Shown here: one piece after another, positions 8,122 through 16,928 of the stretch
How positions within the stretch are numbered: position 1 is the stretch's first letter
Layout of the letters: each line of letters starts with the position of its first letter
Assembly: GCA_947629135.1 (NCBI GenBank)
Contig: CANRCN010000002.1
Span: forward strand, 1 to 53,947
Reading direction: 5' to 3'
Source of the DNA: an uncultured Bacilli bacterium
GTDB lineage: Bacteria; Bacillota_I; Bacilli_A; RF39; UBA660
DNA: 53,947 bases
The notes under the pieces: generated by a model
What the model saw: the letters and a program-made list of their open reading frames with translations, nothing else
Database searches by the model: none
Told to the model about the DNA's origin: nothing
Translations under genes and position numbers: made by a program

Positions 8122-10542
8122 ATGCATGCACTTATAGTAAGAAAATTAAGAATAGATGATGAAAATTATTATCAAATGCTTGATAAAGTTGAAGCTAAAG
8201 AAATAAGTGAGCAATATATAAGAGTATTAAAAGGTTTTCACAATTTTGAAGGTCAAGATTTTGTCCCAATTGCTCATGATAAAGAGTTAGGTTATTTAAC
8301 AATAGATGATGTTATTAATGAAAAGATAGATGGAAATAGTACAGCTTTTTTTAAACTTGATGAAGAAGGATTTGTAATTCCAATAGAAAATACTGTTGAA
8401 AGAAATAACATTATTTTGGCATTTTTTAATAAGTATAAAGATTTTAAAATAATACCAGACTATGATTTAGATGAAATTATTAATAAGATGGAAGCTAGTA
8501 TGAAAGCATCAGTTGTTGGACAAGATGATGTAATTAAAAAAATTATTTCTAAAATTTATAATAATCAAATGTATTTTAAATCAGATTTAGATGAGAATAT
8601 TATTAGAAAAAATAGGAGTAATATTTTATTAGTAGGTCAATTTGGAACAGGTAAAACTAGTATAAAAGAATCTTTACTAAGAGTGGAATCTCCTATTCCT
8701 GTTGTTGAAGTAGAATTAACAGATAGTTATTCAGATGATACTGCTAAAATTGCTAATGCTTTATTAAATGCAGCTCATGGTAATGTCTATTTAGCTCAAA
8801 GAGGAATCGTTATATTTGATGACATAAGTGCAAGTAAGTCCGTGTTTTCTAAAGATGAAAATGGTGCTAATAAAGAAAATCTTAATTTAAAATGTCTTGA
8901 AAAAATTATAAAATCTCAAAAACTTAATTTTCCAGCCTATGAAGGAGATTCAGTTTTACCTTTTGATTTTTCTTTTATAACTTTTATAGCAATGGTTGAT
9001 ACTTATTTTAGTCCAGAAGAAGATATTGAAATGTCTTATTACCAAAAAATGTCTATTGATTCTTATTATGAATTAGGAATAAAAGATTCTTTATTGTTGG
9101 ATTGTTTTGATAATGAAATAATTTATATGAATGAAATGACAAAAGAATTAGCTATTAGAATATTAAAAGATAAAACTTTATCACCTTTATATCAATATCA
9201 AAAAACAATGAGTGAAAAGTTTGAAACAATTAAATTTAGTAAAAAATTTGTTGATATTTTAATTGAATATGGACTTTCTACTGATGAAGGATTTACAGGC
9301 ATAAAAAGATTTTTTAAGTATGCAGTTGAAGCTAAAAATAGGACTTCTAAAAATGCTATTTTTGATGAAAAAGATATTGCCAATTTAAGAATTGGATCAG
9401 CAGGAACTGGTGATTATGAAGAAGAATTAGATGATATGATACCAATTAAAGAAATAGAAACACCGAAAGATGATATTTTAAAAGTTGATGTTAAAAAGAG
9501 AACGATTAATGGTTTAAGTATAAAAGATGTTGTTGAAATAATTACCAAAGAATATAAAGGTCAAGATGAACATATTTTTAGAATTGTAAATGCTTTTTAT
9601 AATCATGTTTTAAATCGATATAAAGGCTTTAGTGCAGATGAATATAAGAAACTTAAACAAAATGTATTTTTAATTGCTAATACAGGAGTTGGAAAAACAG
9701 GTATTTTCGAAGCTTTAGCTAGGATATTTAATTTACCATATAAAAGAGATTCGATTAATACTTATACTGCTAGTGGATATGTAGGAAGAAGTGTAGATGA
9801 TTTAATAGTTGGTTTGGTTGCCTCTGCTTCTGGAAGTGTTGAAAAAGCCAGATTTGGAATATTATGTTTAGATGAATTTGATAAATTAGCAAGAGATAAT
9901 GGAGATATGGATTTTGGTTTTGGTAGAAAAGTCCAAGAAGAATTATTAACTTTAATTGAAGGTGATGAAAAAGATATTAAACCCGATTTATTTGCTAATA
10001 CCTTTAAGTTTAATTCAGAATATTTATTCATTGTTCTAACTGGTGCTTGTCAAGATATAGATAAAGTTATTCAAAAAAGAATAAAATCTTCAAGAAATTT
10101 AGGCTTTGAAAATAAAAAAGATGAAGAGATACCAAGAGAAGTAATTCAAGAAGACTTATTAAATTATGGCTTTGAAAAACAATTATTAGCAAGAGTTCCT
10201 AATATTATAAGACTTAATGATTTAACTAAAGAGGTTTTACTCGAAATTATTAAAAGTGAAGCAGGATATATTAGTTTAATTAAAAAATCTTATTTAATGT
10301 CTGATATTAAAATTAACTTAGCTGAAGGATTTATGGAAAATTTAGCTATTGCAGCTTATAATAAAAAAATAGGAGCAAGAGGGATTAGACAAATCTTTGA
10401 AGATAAAATAATTCCTAAGATTGATGAACTAATAGCAAATTATGATATTTCTGAAATTAATGTGTTAGATAATGCTTTAATAGATCCTAATGACATAACT
10501 TATGTAGAGAAAAAAGTCAAGAAAAAAGTAAAAAGACGATAA
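8122..10542 (+). CDS. Tandem AAA+ ATPase: a degenerate N-terminal module fused to a complete ClpX-like module, with no zinc-binding domain
   Basis: Module 1 has GQFGTGKTS and IVIFDDI. Module 2 has NTGVGKTG, the SGYVGRSV pore loop, ILCLDEFDKL, RNLGFENK at the IGF-loop position, and IGARGIRQIFE (sensor-2). Confidence 0.7.
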   Translation: MHALIVRKLRIDDENYYQMLDKVEAKEISEQYIRVLKGFHNFEGQDFVPIAHDKELGYLTIDDVINEKIDGNSTAFFKLDEEGFVIPIENTVERNNIILAFFNKYKDFKIIPDYDLDEIINKMEASMKASVVGQDDVIKKIISKIYNNQMYFKSDLDENIIRKNRSNILLVGQFGTGKTSIKESLLRVESPIPVVEVELTDSYSDDTAKIANALLNAAHGNVYLAQRGIVIFDDISASKSVFSKDENGANKENLNLKCLEKIIKSQKLNFPAYEGDSVLPFDFSFITFIAMVDTYFSPEEDIEMSYYQKMSIDSYYELGIKDSLLLDCFDNEIIYMNEMTKELAIRILKDKTLSPLYQYQKTMSEKFETIKFSKKFVDILIEYGLSTDEGFTGIKRFFKYAVEAKNRTSKNAIFDEKDIANLRIGSAGTGDYEEELDDMIPIKEIETPKDDILKVDVKKRTINGLSIKDVVEIITKEYKGQDEHIFRIVNAFYNHVLNRYKGFSADEYKKLKQNVFLIANTGVGKTGIFEALARIFNLPYKRDSINTYTASGYVGRSVDDLIVGLVASASGSVEKARFGILCLDEFDKLARDNGDMDFGFGRKVQEELLTLIEGDEKDIKPDLFANTFKFNSEYLFIVLTGACQDIDKVIQKRIKSSRNLGFENKKDEEIPREVIQEDLLNYGFEKQLLARVPNIIRLNDLTKEVLLEIIKSEAGYISLIKKSYLMSDIKINLAEGFMENLAIAAYNKKIGARGIRQIFEDKIIPKIDELIANYDISEINVLDNALIDPNDITYVEKKVKKKVKRR

Positions 10543-10551
10543 AAAAATAAA

Positions 10552-10580
10552 AAATAGATTAGAATATCTATTTTTTTTTG
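10552..10580 (+). terminator. Rho-independent terminator
   Basis: ATAGAT ... ATCTAT stem followed by T9. Confidence 0.6.
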
Positions 10581-10625
10581 AAAAAATATGTTACAATAAG
10601 ATTGTTAAAATAAAGGGTGATATCG

Positions 10626-12068
10626 ATGAATAAAAAAACAGTTCTATTTTTAATAAACGGATTTGGTGTAGAAAAGAAAGAATCATATTCTATTTATGAT
10701 GAGAGTATTATGCCAACTTTTGATGAGTTAAGTAAAAAATATTTATTTTCTACGGATACAGAGTCTAAAGTTAGCAATTATTTTGATGCTTATAGAAATA
10801 TAAGTCTTGATGTAAATGAACTATATAATTATACAACTATAGATAATGATGTAATAAATAAAACTTTACCTAATAATCAAGTATTACAAAAAATGAAAAC
10901 AGATTTAGATACGAGAAAAAGTAATTTACATATTTTTTGTTTAGTTGATACTAGTATGAAAATAGTAGAGCATTTAAAAGAAACTTTAAAGTATTTAAAT
11001 CCTAATCTTGATAAAAAAATATTTTTACATTTTGTTATTTCAAGTACTAATATTGAAGATTATAAGGGGTTAGTAGAAGTATTTAGTAAAATTAATATTG
11101 AACTTGCTAATTATGCTCCTATAGGATTTATTATGGGGTTATCTGCTATTGATAATACAGCTAAAGGTGTTGATTTAAACTTCTTCTTTAAGATGTTTAT
11201 TTCTAAAGTAGGTGAAAAATGGCAATCATTTACTCAAAAATTTGATGTTTTATATGCTACTCGTTCTTTACCTAGAGATACTAAACCTTTTATTATTAAT
11301 TCTAATTTTGAACTAAGTAAAGATGATATGTTCTTCTTCTATAATTATGATAATATTAATTTAACAAACTTTATGGATTCTTTATCAGGAATAGCATTTG
11401 GAGAAGAAACTAATAATTTTAGTTATTATTCTTTATTTCCTGTAACTAGTAATAAGGAAATACCTAATATGTATAATTTGGAAACTGCTAAATATTGTAT
11501 GGTTTCAAATTTAGAGAGTATTAATGCAACAGGATTAATTTTATGTCATAATGAACAAATTCCAGTTATTAATTACTTCTGTAATGGTTTAAAAAATGAG
11601 TCAACTGAAACTTTAAAATTTGTTGATTTAGCTCCTTATGAAAATGATCCAAATAGTATTGTTTCTATTATTAATCAATTTAATAATGATCTTATAATCT
11701 TAAATTATGAAATAGATAATGTAAGTACAGTTGAAGAGTTAAAAAATAAGTTAACTACTATTGATAAGGTATTAAAAGCTGTTTATGATAATATTAATGG
11801 TAGTAAGTATACTTTAATTGTTTCTTCATTATATGGAATGAATAAAGTTTTACAAAATGATAAAGGTGTTAATGTAAATGTAATTTTTGCTGGTCGAGTT
11901 CCATTTATTTTTATTGATGATTTTATAACGAAAAAGAATTATTTAATTGAACAAGGTTCTATTAATGATATTTCAAAGTCATTGTATAAAAATATTAGAC
12001 GTGATAGTAAATTTGATTCAATGGTTGAAAAACAAAATTTCTTATATAAACTAATAAGTGGTAAATAA
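10626..12068 (+). CDS. Cofactor-independent phosphoglycerate mutase (iPGM)-like protein lacking the catalytic residues
   Basis: The size and the end motifs resemble iPGM: VLFLINGFGV versus LDGFG, and LIVSSLYGMNK...IFAGRVPFIF versus ITADHGNAE...TAHT..VPF. The metal and nucleophile positions are substituted. Confidence 0.4.
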   Translation: MNKKTVLFLINGFGVEKKESYSIYDESIMPTFDELSKKYLFSTDTESKVSNYFDAYRNISLDVNELYNYTTIDNDVINKTLPNNQVLQKMKTDLDTRKSNLHIFCLVDTSMKIVEHLKETLKYLNPNLDKKIFLHFVISSTNIEDYKGLVEVFSKINIELANYAPIGFIMGLSAIDNTAKGVDLNFFFKMFISKVGEKWQSFTQKFDVLYATRSLPRDTKPFIINSNFELSKDDMFFFYNYDNINLTNFMDSLSGIAFGEETNNFSYYSLFPVTSNKEIPNMYNLETAKYCMVSNLESINATGLILCHNEQIPVINYFCNGLKNESTETLKFVDLAPYENDPNSIVSIINQFNNDLIILNYEIDNVSTVEELKNKLTTIDKVLKAVYDNINGSKYTLIVSSLYGMNKVLQNDKGVNVNVIFAGRVPFIFIDDFITKKNYLIEQGSINDISKSLYKNIRRDSKFDSMVEKQNFLYKLISGK

Positions 12069-12070
12069 TT

Positions 12071-13540
12071 ATGTACAGTAGTATTGTAGCAAACTTAAAA
12101 AAAGTATTATCTGGAATTTCTCCTATTATTATATTAGTTCTTATTTTAAGTTTCGTTTTTAAAATAGATACTAGGACTGTAATTAGATTTGTTTCAAGTT
12201 CTATATTTGTTATTATAGGACTAACTTTCTTTACAACAGGAGCTGATATTTCTTTAAATAAAATAGGAGAAAAAATAAGTAGAAGTTTAATTAAGAAAAA
12301 AAATTTAACTTTAATTTTAATTGCTTGTTTATTTTTGGGAACGTTTATAACAATGTTAGAACCAGAGTTTTTAACAGTTAGCACTGAAGCAAGTGGGATT
12401 CCTCTTCCTGTACTTTTATTTTCTGTATCCTTGGGTATTGGAATCTTTTTAATGTTGGCTGTTTATCGAATTTTTAAAAGAATTGAATTTAGAGTTATTT
12501 TAATAATAGGTTATTTAATAGTTTTTTTAACTTTAATGGTTGCTAATATGGATACTATTCCTTTTGCTTTTGATATGTCATCAGTTACAACTGGGGCAAT
12601 TTCTGCTCCTTTTATCTTGGCACTTGGAGTAGGTTTCTCATCAGGTATTAAGAAACGTAAAAAGGATGATACTACAGAATTTGGTATTTTATCAATTTGT
12701 TCAATAGGGCCTATTTTAATGATTTTAATTTTAGGACTTTTATTTCATCCAAATATAGTTTATGATTCTGATCCTATTTTAAAAAGATTAAATTTTTGGA
12801 ATACTTTATGGACTAATTTTTATCAAGTTTTAATGGCAATGACTCCACTTGTTATTATGTATTTTTTATTCAATCATTTTAAGTCAAAAAGAAAAGATAA
12901 AAGTATAAGAGGTATTATAACAGGTCTATTAATGGTTCTTTTTGGAATAACTTTATTTTTAACTGGTGGAGATGTAGGTTTCTTTAAAATAGGATTTATG
13001 TTAGGTACTCATTTAGGAAATATTAATCATTTATTAATTATGATAATAGGAGGTATATTTGGTTACTTTATTTCAAAGATAGAGCCTTCTTTAAAAGTTT
13101 TGATTACTTATGTTAATGAAGTAACTAATGGAGGTATTAAAGATAGATTACTAGAAATTTGTTTATGTGCTGGTGTTTCTTTATCTGTAATTATGTCTTT
13201 GTTTAGAGTTTTAAATGGATATTCTGTTATGGCTTTTCTAATTCCAACTTACTTTATTGCAGTTCTTTTAGCCTTCTTTACTCCAAATAATTTTTTAGCT
13301 ATTGCATTTGATTCAGCAGGTGTTGTTGCTGGTAATATGACTTCAAGCTTTTTACTTCCAATGCTTATTGGAGTTGCTTCAACTATTTCTCCAGATTATT
13401 TAAAAGAGGCTTTTGGAGTATTATCCTTAGTAAGTATTATTCCAGTTATTATCATTGAAATAGTAGGTTTAATTTATACTCAAGAAGAAAAAATGAATGG
13501 TAATATTAATTTAGATGATACTATCATTGAATATAGGTGA
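12071..13540 (+). CDS. Polytopic membrane protein, DUF1538-like
   Basis: The protein is 489 aa with about 12 hydrophobic segments. It is translationally coupled on both sides and is followed by a PII-like gene, the typical DUF1538 context. The family call is from memory. Confidence 0.5.
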   Translation: MYSSIVANLKKVLSGISPIIILVLILSFVFKIDTRTVIRFVSSSIFVIIGLTFFTTGADISLNKIGEKISRSLIKKKNLTLILIACLFLGTFITMLEPEFLTVSTEASGIPLPVLLFSVSLGIGIFLMLAVYRIFKRIEFRVILIIGYLIVFLTLMVANMDTIPFAFDMSSVTTGAISAPFILALGVGFSSGIKKRKKDDTTEFGILSICSIGPILMILILGLLFHPNIVYDSDPILKRLNFWNTLWTNFYQVLMAMTPLVIMYFLFNHFKSKRKDKSIRGIITGLLMVLFGITLFLTGGDVGFFKIGFMLGTHLGNINHLLIMIIGGIFGYFISKIEPSLKVLITYVNEVTNGGIKDRLLEICLCAGVSLSVIMSLFRVLNGYSVMAFLIPTYFIAVLLAFFTPNNFLAIAFDSAGVVAGNMTSSFLLPMLIGVASTISPDYLKEAFGVLSLVSIIPVIIIEIVGLIYTQEEKMNGNINLDDTIIEYR

Positions 13541-13544
13541 TTAG

Positions 13545-14186
13545 ATGGTTAAGTTGTTAGTAATTATTTTTAATGATGAAAAAAAGTTAAAAACTTTATT
13601 TAAAAAACATAAGTTAACTTATAATGCTATGACTTATGGAAGTGGAACAGCATCAGTTAGTTTATTAAAGTATTTAGGTCTTGATGAAGTAAGAAAAAGT
13701 ATTTACTTTTCTTTAATTCCAAGTACTGAAGAAGAAATAATTTTTAAAGAATTAAGTACTAAACTAAAAATAAAAGAAATAGGAAAAGGAATAGCTTTTA
13801 CAATTTCTTTAAATAGTTCTAGTAAATTTGTAAGTGATACTTTGAAAGTAGGCGAGGAAGAAATGAAGGATGTAAATATAGAATATGAATTAATAGTTAC
13901 AATTGTCAAGGAAGGTTATAGTGATCAAGTTATGCAAGCAGCTAAAAAATCTGGCTGTACAGGTGGAACCGTTATTGCTGGTCGTAGTTTAGGTAGTAGT
14001 CGAACTATTTTTATGGATATTGCAATTGAACCTGAAAAAGATATTGTTTTAAATATAGTATCTAAGGATATAGCTAAAAAAGTCATGCAAACTATTACCA
14101 AAGAAGTTGGAGTTAAAACTGAAGCAAGAGGGTTAGTAATTTCTCTTCCAATTGATAATGTGTTAGGTTTACAAGATGTAAAATAA
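13545..14186 (+). CDS. Tandem PII-like (GlnB-fold) regulatory protein
   Basis: There are two halves of about 100 aa. The second (ELIVTIVKEGYSDQVMQAAKKSGCTGGTVIAGRSLGS) is PII-like, and the first is more divergent. Confidence 0.5.
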   Translation: MVKLLVIIFNDEKKLKTLFKKHKLTYNAMTYGSGTASVSLLKYLGLDEVRKSIYFSLIPSTEEEIIFKELSTKLKIKEIGKGIAFTISLNSSSKFVSDTLKVGEEEMKDVNIEYELIVTIVKEGYSDQVMQAAKKSGCTGGTVIAGRSLGSSRTIFMDIAIEPEKDIVLNIVSKDIAKKVMQTITKEVGVKTEARGLVISLPIDNVLGLQDVK

Positions 14187-14220
14187 AAGTGTAAAGTTCT
14201 AAAAAAACAAATTAAATAAA

Positions 14221-14249
14221 TTGTAAAATTAAGAAAGATATAATATAAT
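14221..14249 (+). promoter_or_regulatory. Candidate sigma-A promoter with no downstream ORF
   Basis: TTGTAA, a 17-nt spacer, then TATAAT. No ORF of at least 60 aa lies before the terminator at 14449. Confidence 0.3.
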
Positions 14250-14448
14250 ATATTTGAGTCCATGATAAGAAAAAATTAATTCGATTGTATTTAACTCACT
14301 ATAGGAATATAAAATACAAAAGAATAATTGGAGGTGATTAGCTTATAGTTATGAAGTTAATTTAAAAGTAATGGATTTAAATTACTAAAATTAATTATAA
14401 TTATTGGGAAAACCAGTAATTAGTTCATAACATAAGATAATAAGACAT

Positions 14449-14474
14449 AGCACATAGAAATATGTGCTTTTCTT
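14449..14474 (+). terminator. Rho-independent terminator
   Basis: AGCACATA GAAA TATGTGCT is a perfect 8-bp stem, followed by TTTCTT. Confidence 0.65.
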
Positions 14475-14490
14475 AATTTTAAAAATCATT

Positions 14491-14524
14491 TATTTATCTT
14501 TGAATATTTATCTTTGAATATTTT
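14491..14524. repeat. Tandem direct repeat, 14-bp unit TATTTATCTTTGAA, about 2.4 copies
   Basis: Units at 14491-14504 and 14505-14518 are identical, and a partial third copy (TATTTT) follows. The repeat lies just upstream of the -35 at 14536. Confidence 0.8.
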
Positions 14525-14535
14525 AAAAACAAGAC

Positions 14536-14564
14536 TTGAAATATTTCTAATATTTTTGTATAAT
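14536..14564 (+). promoter_or_regulatory. Sigma-A-type promoter of the 14592 gene
   Basis: TTGAAA, a 17-nt spacer, then TATAAT preceded by TG. Confidence 0.5.
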
Positions 14565-14591
14565 CTATATAGCTAGATATAAGGAGTATTT

Positions 14592-15860
14592 ATGAGTAAA
14601 AATAGAAGAAAAAAAAGTAAAAGAAAAATGATGATTAAACCAAGGATACAAACAGGCTTTTGTATATTAAGTGCTATTTTTATTTTAGGATGTTGTATTT
14701 ATTATGGAAGTAGATTAGTTAAATATTATAAAATATATAATCCTAAGTCAGAAACTGGAGAGACTTTGATGACTTTAGCATCATCTATTAGTACTAATAG
14801 TCAAATTGTTTATGAAGGAGATGGATTATATCTTGAAAATGGTAATTATATTTATAAAGGAGAAAAAGTAAACAATTATGTTTTAGTTAATAATATGTTA
14901 TTTAGAATACTTAAGGTTAATTCTGATAAATCAATTGATGTTGTTTTAAATGATTTTATTAATAAAATAGAGTGGGATACGGAATATAAAGTTTATGATA
15001 AATCTAGTATTAAGGAATATATAAATGATAAGTTCTTAAATGTTTTAGATAAAAATATTCTTGAAAAAACAACAGTTTGTAATCCTAAAGTAGATGAATT
15101 ATCAAAGGCAAATTGTAGTGATTATACTAATAATGACTATGTTAGATTGCTTGGAATAAATGATATTTTAACTAGTATGGTTGATAATAAAAGTTATTTA
15201 GTTAAATCTTCTGAATATGTATGGCTTTATAATCAAACAGATTCAAAAATTTGGCATACTAGTGGATATAATATTTCAAATAGTGATGCTTCTAAACGTT
15301 ATGGAGTAAAACCAGTTATAACTTTAAAAAATAATGTTATTTTAGTAAGTGGTGATGGAAAAGAGAATTCACCTTATCGAATAAGTCAAGAAGGAGAAGA
15401 AATAAGTGTTGGAACTTACTTAGATATAAATGATGATATTTATATTGTCTATGAAGTAGGTGATGATTATTATAAAGTTCAAAGTGATAGATTATTAAAT
15501 TCAACAAGAATCTTTGATGAAAGTTCAAATGATTATAGCAAATCTAGTTTAAAAAAATATCTTGAAGGTGAATATTTAAATAGTTTAAAATATGGAGATT
15601 TATTAAAAGAAGTTGATTTTAATGGAGAAACTTCAAAAATTGGAATTTTAAGTAATCAAGATTTTAAGTTTAATAATAATTTAAAAAATTATTTCTTGAG
15701 TGATAAATTAGATAATAATGTATATCTTTACAACGGAAGCCTTGTTTCTAGTCGAGTAAATGTTAAACATGAGGTTCGTCCATGTCTTGGAATTAGTAAA
15801 GATTTAAATATAATGAGTGGCAATGGTTCTAGCATGGCACCATTCATCGTGGAGGTATAG
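14592..15860 (+). CDS. Membrane-anchored extracellular protein with two short copies of the module found in the giant paralogs
   Basis: The protein has a Lys-rich N-terminus and one TM segment. Its two module ends are VKPVITLKNNVILVSGDGKENSPYRI and VRPCLGISKDLNIMSGNGSSMAPFIV, matching the VRPxLYL...GSGT..PY.L module ends of the 17143 and 36699 proteins. Confidence 0.6.
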   Translation: MSKNRRKKSKRKMMIKPRIQTGFCILSAIFILGCCIYYGSRLVKYYKIYNPKSETGETLMTLASSISTNSQIVYEGDGLYLENGNYIYKGEKVNNYVLVNNMLFRILKVNSDKSIDVVLNDFINKIEWDTEYKVYDKSSIKEYINDKFLNVLDKNILEKTTVCNPKVDELSKANCSDYTNNDYVRLLGINDILTSMVDNKSYLVKSSEYVWLYNQTDSKIWHTSGYNISNSDASKRYGVKPVITLKNNVILVSGDGKENSPYRISQEGEEISVGTYLDINDDIYIVYEVGDDYYKVQSDRLLNSTRIFDESSNDYSKSSLKKYLEGEYLNSLKYGDLLKEVDFNGETSKIGILSNQDFKFNNNLKNYFLSDKLDNNVYLYNGSLVSSRVNVKHEVRPCLGISKDLNIMSGNGSSMAPFIVEV

Positions 15861-15861
15861 T

Positions 15862-16872
15862 ATGCGAAAATCAACAATAGTTTTTTTAGTGATTGATATC
15901 TTAGCAATTTTCTGTTTTATCTTATTTTATGGACCTTTTGATACTTTTAGAAATGTATTAGTTAATACAGCTATGGTTACTAAATCACATCAATATATAG
16001 CTTATACTTTTTTTAGCGAAGAAACAGTTCAAAAAATACTTGATTTAAATAAATTTATTCCAATTACAGAAGATGTTAATTTAGATGAGATAAAAATTGA
16101 TACATCTGAAAAAGATACTTATGATAATGAATATGATGAGGCTATTTTAAAAAGAGATAAAGGTAATGATGACTATAAATATTTACAAATAAAAATAGGT
16201 AAACATAAAGCTCATTTAGTTGCAATTTATGATCCTTCCAAAGTAACTTTAATTAGTAGTAAAAAATTTAATACTGGTTCAGGACAAGAAACAGTACTAA
16301 AAATGTGTGAAAGAGTAGGCGGACTAGTATGCATTAATGGAGGAGGTTTTGCTGATCCAGATGGTTGGGGAAGTGATATTCCACTTGGTTATGTTATAAA
16401 AGATGGAGAAGTTATTTGGTCACCTATTACTTCCAAAGAAAACATAATTGGTTTAACAGGAGATAATAAACTATTACTTGCAAATGCAACAGGAGAAGAA
16501 GCTGTTGAGATGGGAATGCGAGATGGACTTCAATTTGGACCTTTCTTAATAGTAAATGGTGAAACTATTAAATATGAAAGTTCAGCAGGTGGTTATGATA
16601 GAGCTGCAAGAGTTGCAATTGCTCAAAGAAAAGATGGAGTAATCTTATTCTTAGTTACTGAAGGTACTCATGGAACTGGACCAACATTAAAAGAAGTAGT
16701 AGATACTTTAGTTTTATATGGAGCTTATAATGCTGCTAATCTTGATGGAGGTACCTCATCTCAAATGGTAGTTGCTGGTAAATTAGTTAATAATCCTAAA
16801 AACGTCTTTGGACAATCAGTTGCTGGAGGACGAAGAGTTGTAACTGGATTTGGATTAATACCTAATAATTAA
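15862..16872 (+). CDS. Phosphodiester glycosidase family (DUF2233 / NAGPA-like) protein with an N-terminal TM anchor
   Basis: ATG 15862 follows GGAGG. The motifs are CINGGGFADPDG, IAQRKDGVILFLVTEG and AANLDGGTSSQM. Confidence 0.75.
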   Translation: MRKSTIVFLVIDILAIFCFILFYGPFDTFRNVLVNTAMVTKSHQYIAYTFFSEETVQKILDLNKFIPITEDVNLDEIKIDTSEKDTYDNEYDEAILKRDKGNDDYKYLQIKIGKHKAHLVAIYDPSKVTLISSKKFNTGSGQETVLKMCERVGGLVCINGGGFADPDGWGSDIPLGYVIKDGEVIWSPITSKENIIGLTGDNKLLLANATGEEAVEMGMRDGLQFGPFLIVNGETIKYESSAGGYDRAARVAIAQRKDGVILFLVTEGTHGTGPTLKEVVDTLVLYGAYNAANLDGGTSSQMVVAGKLVNNPKNVFGQSVAGGRRVVTGFGLIPNN

Positions 16873-16928
16873 TAAAAAATAATCCTATTGTAGATAATAT
16901 GACAAAATGTAGAAAACATATAAAAGAA

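Noticed and set aside
13703-14263. Minus-strand ORFs 13703-13909 and 13925-14263 opposite the PII-like gene
   Set aside because: They are antisense shadows of a supported gene, with no start context.
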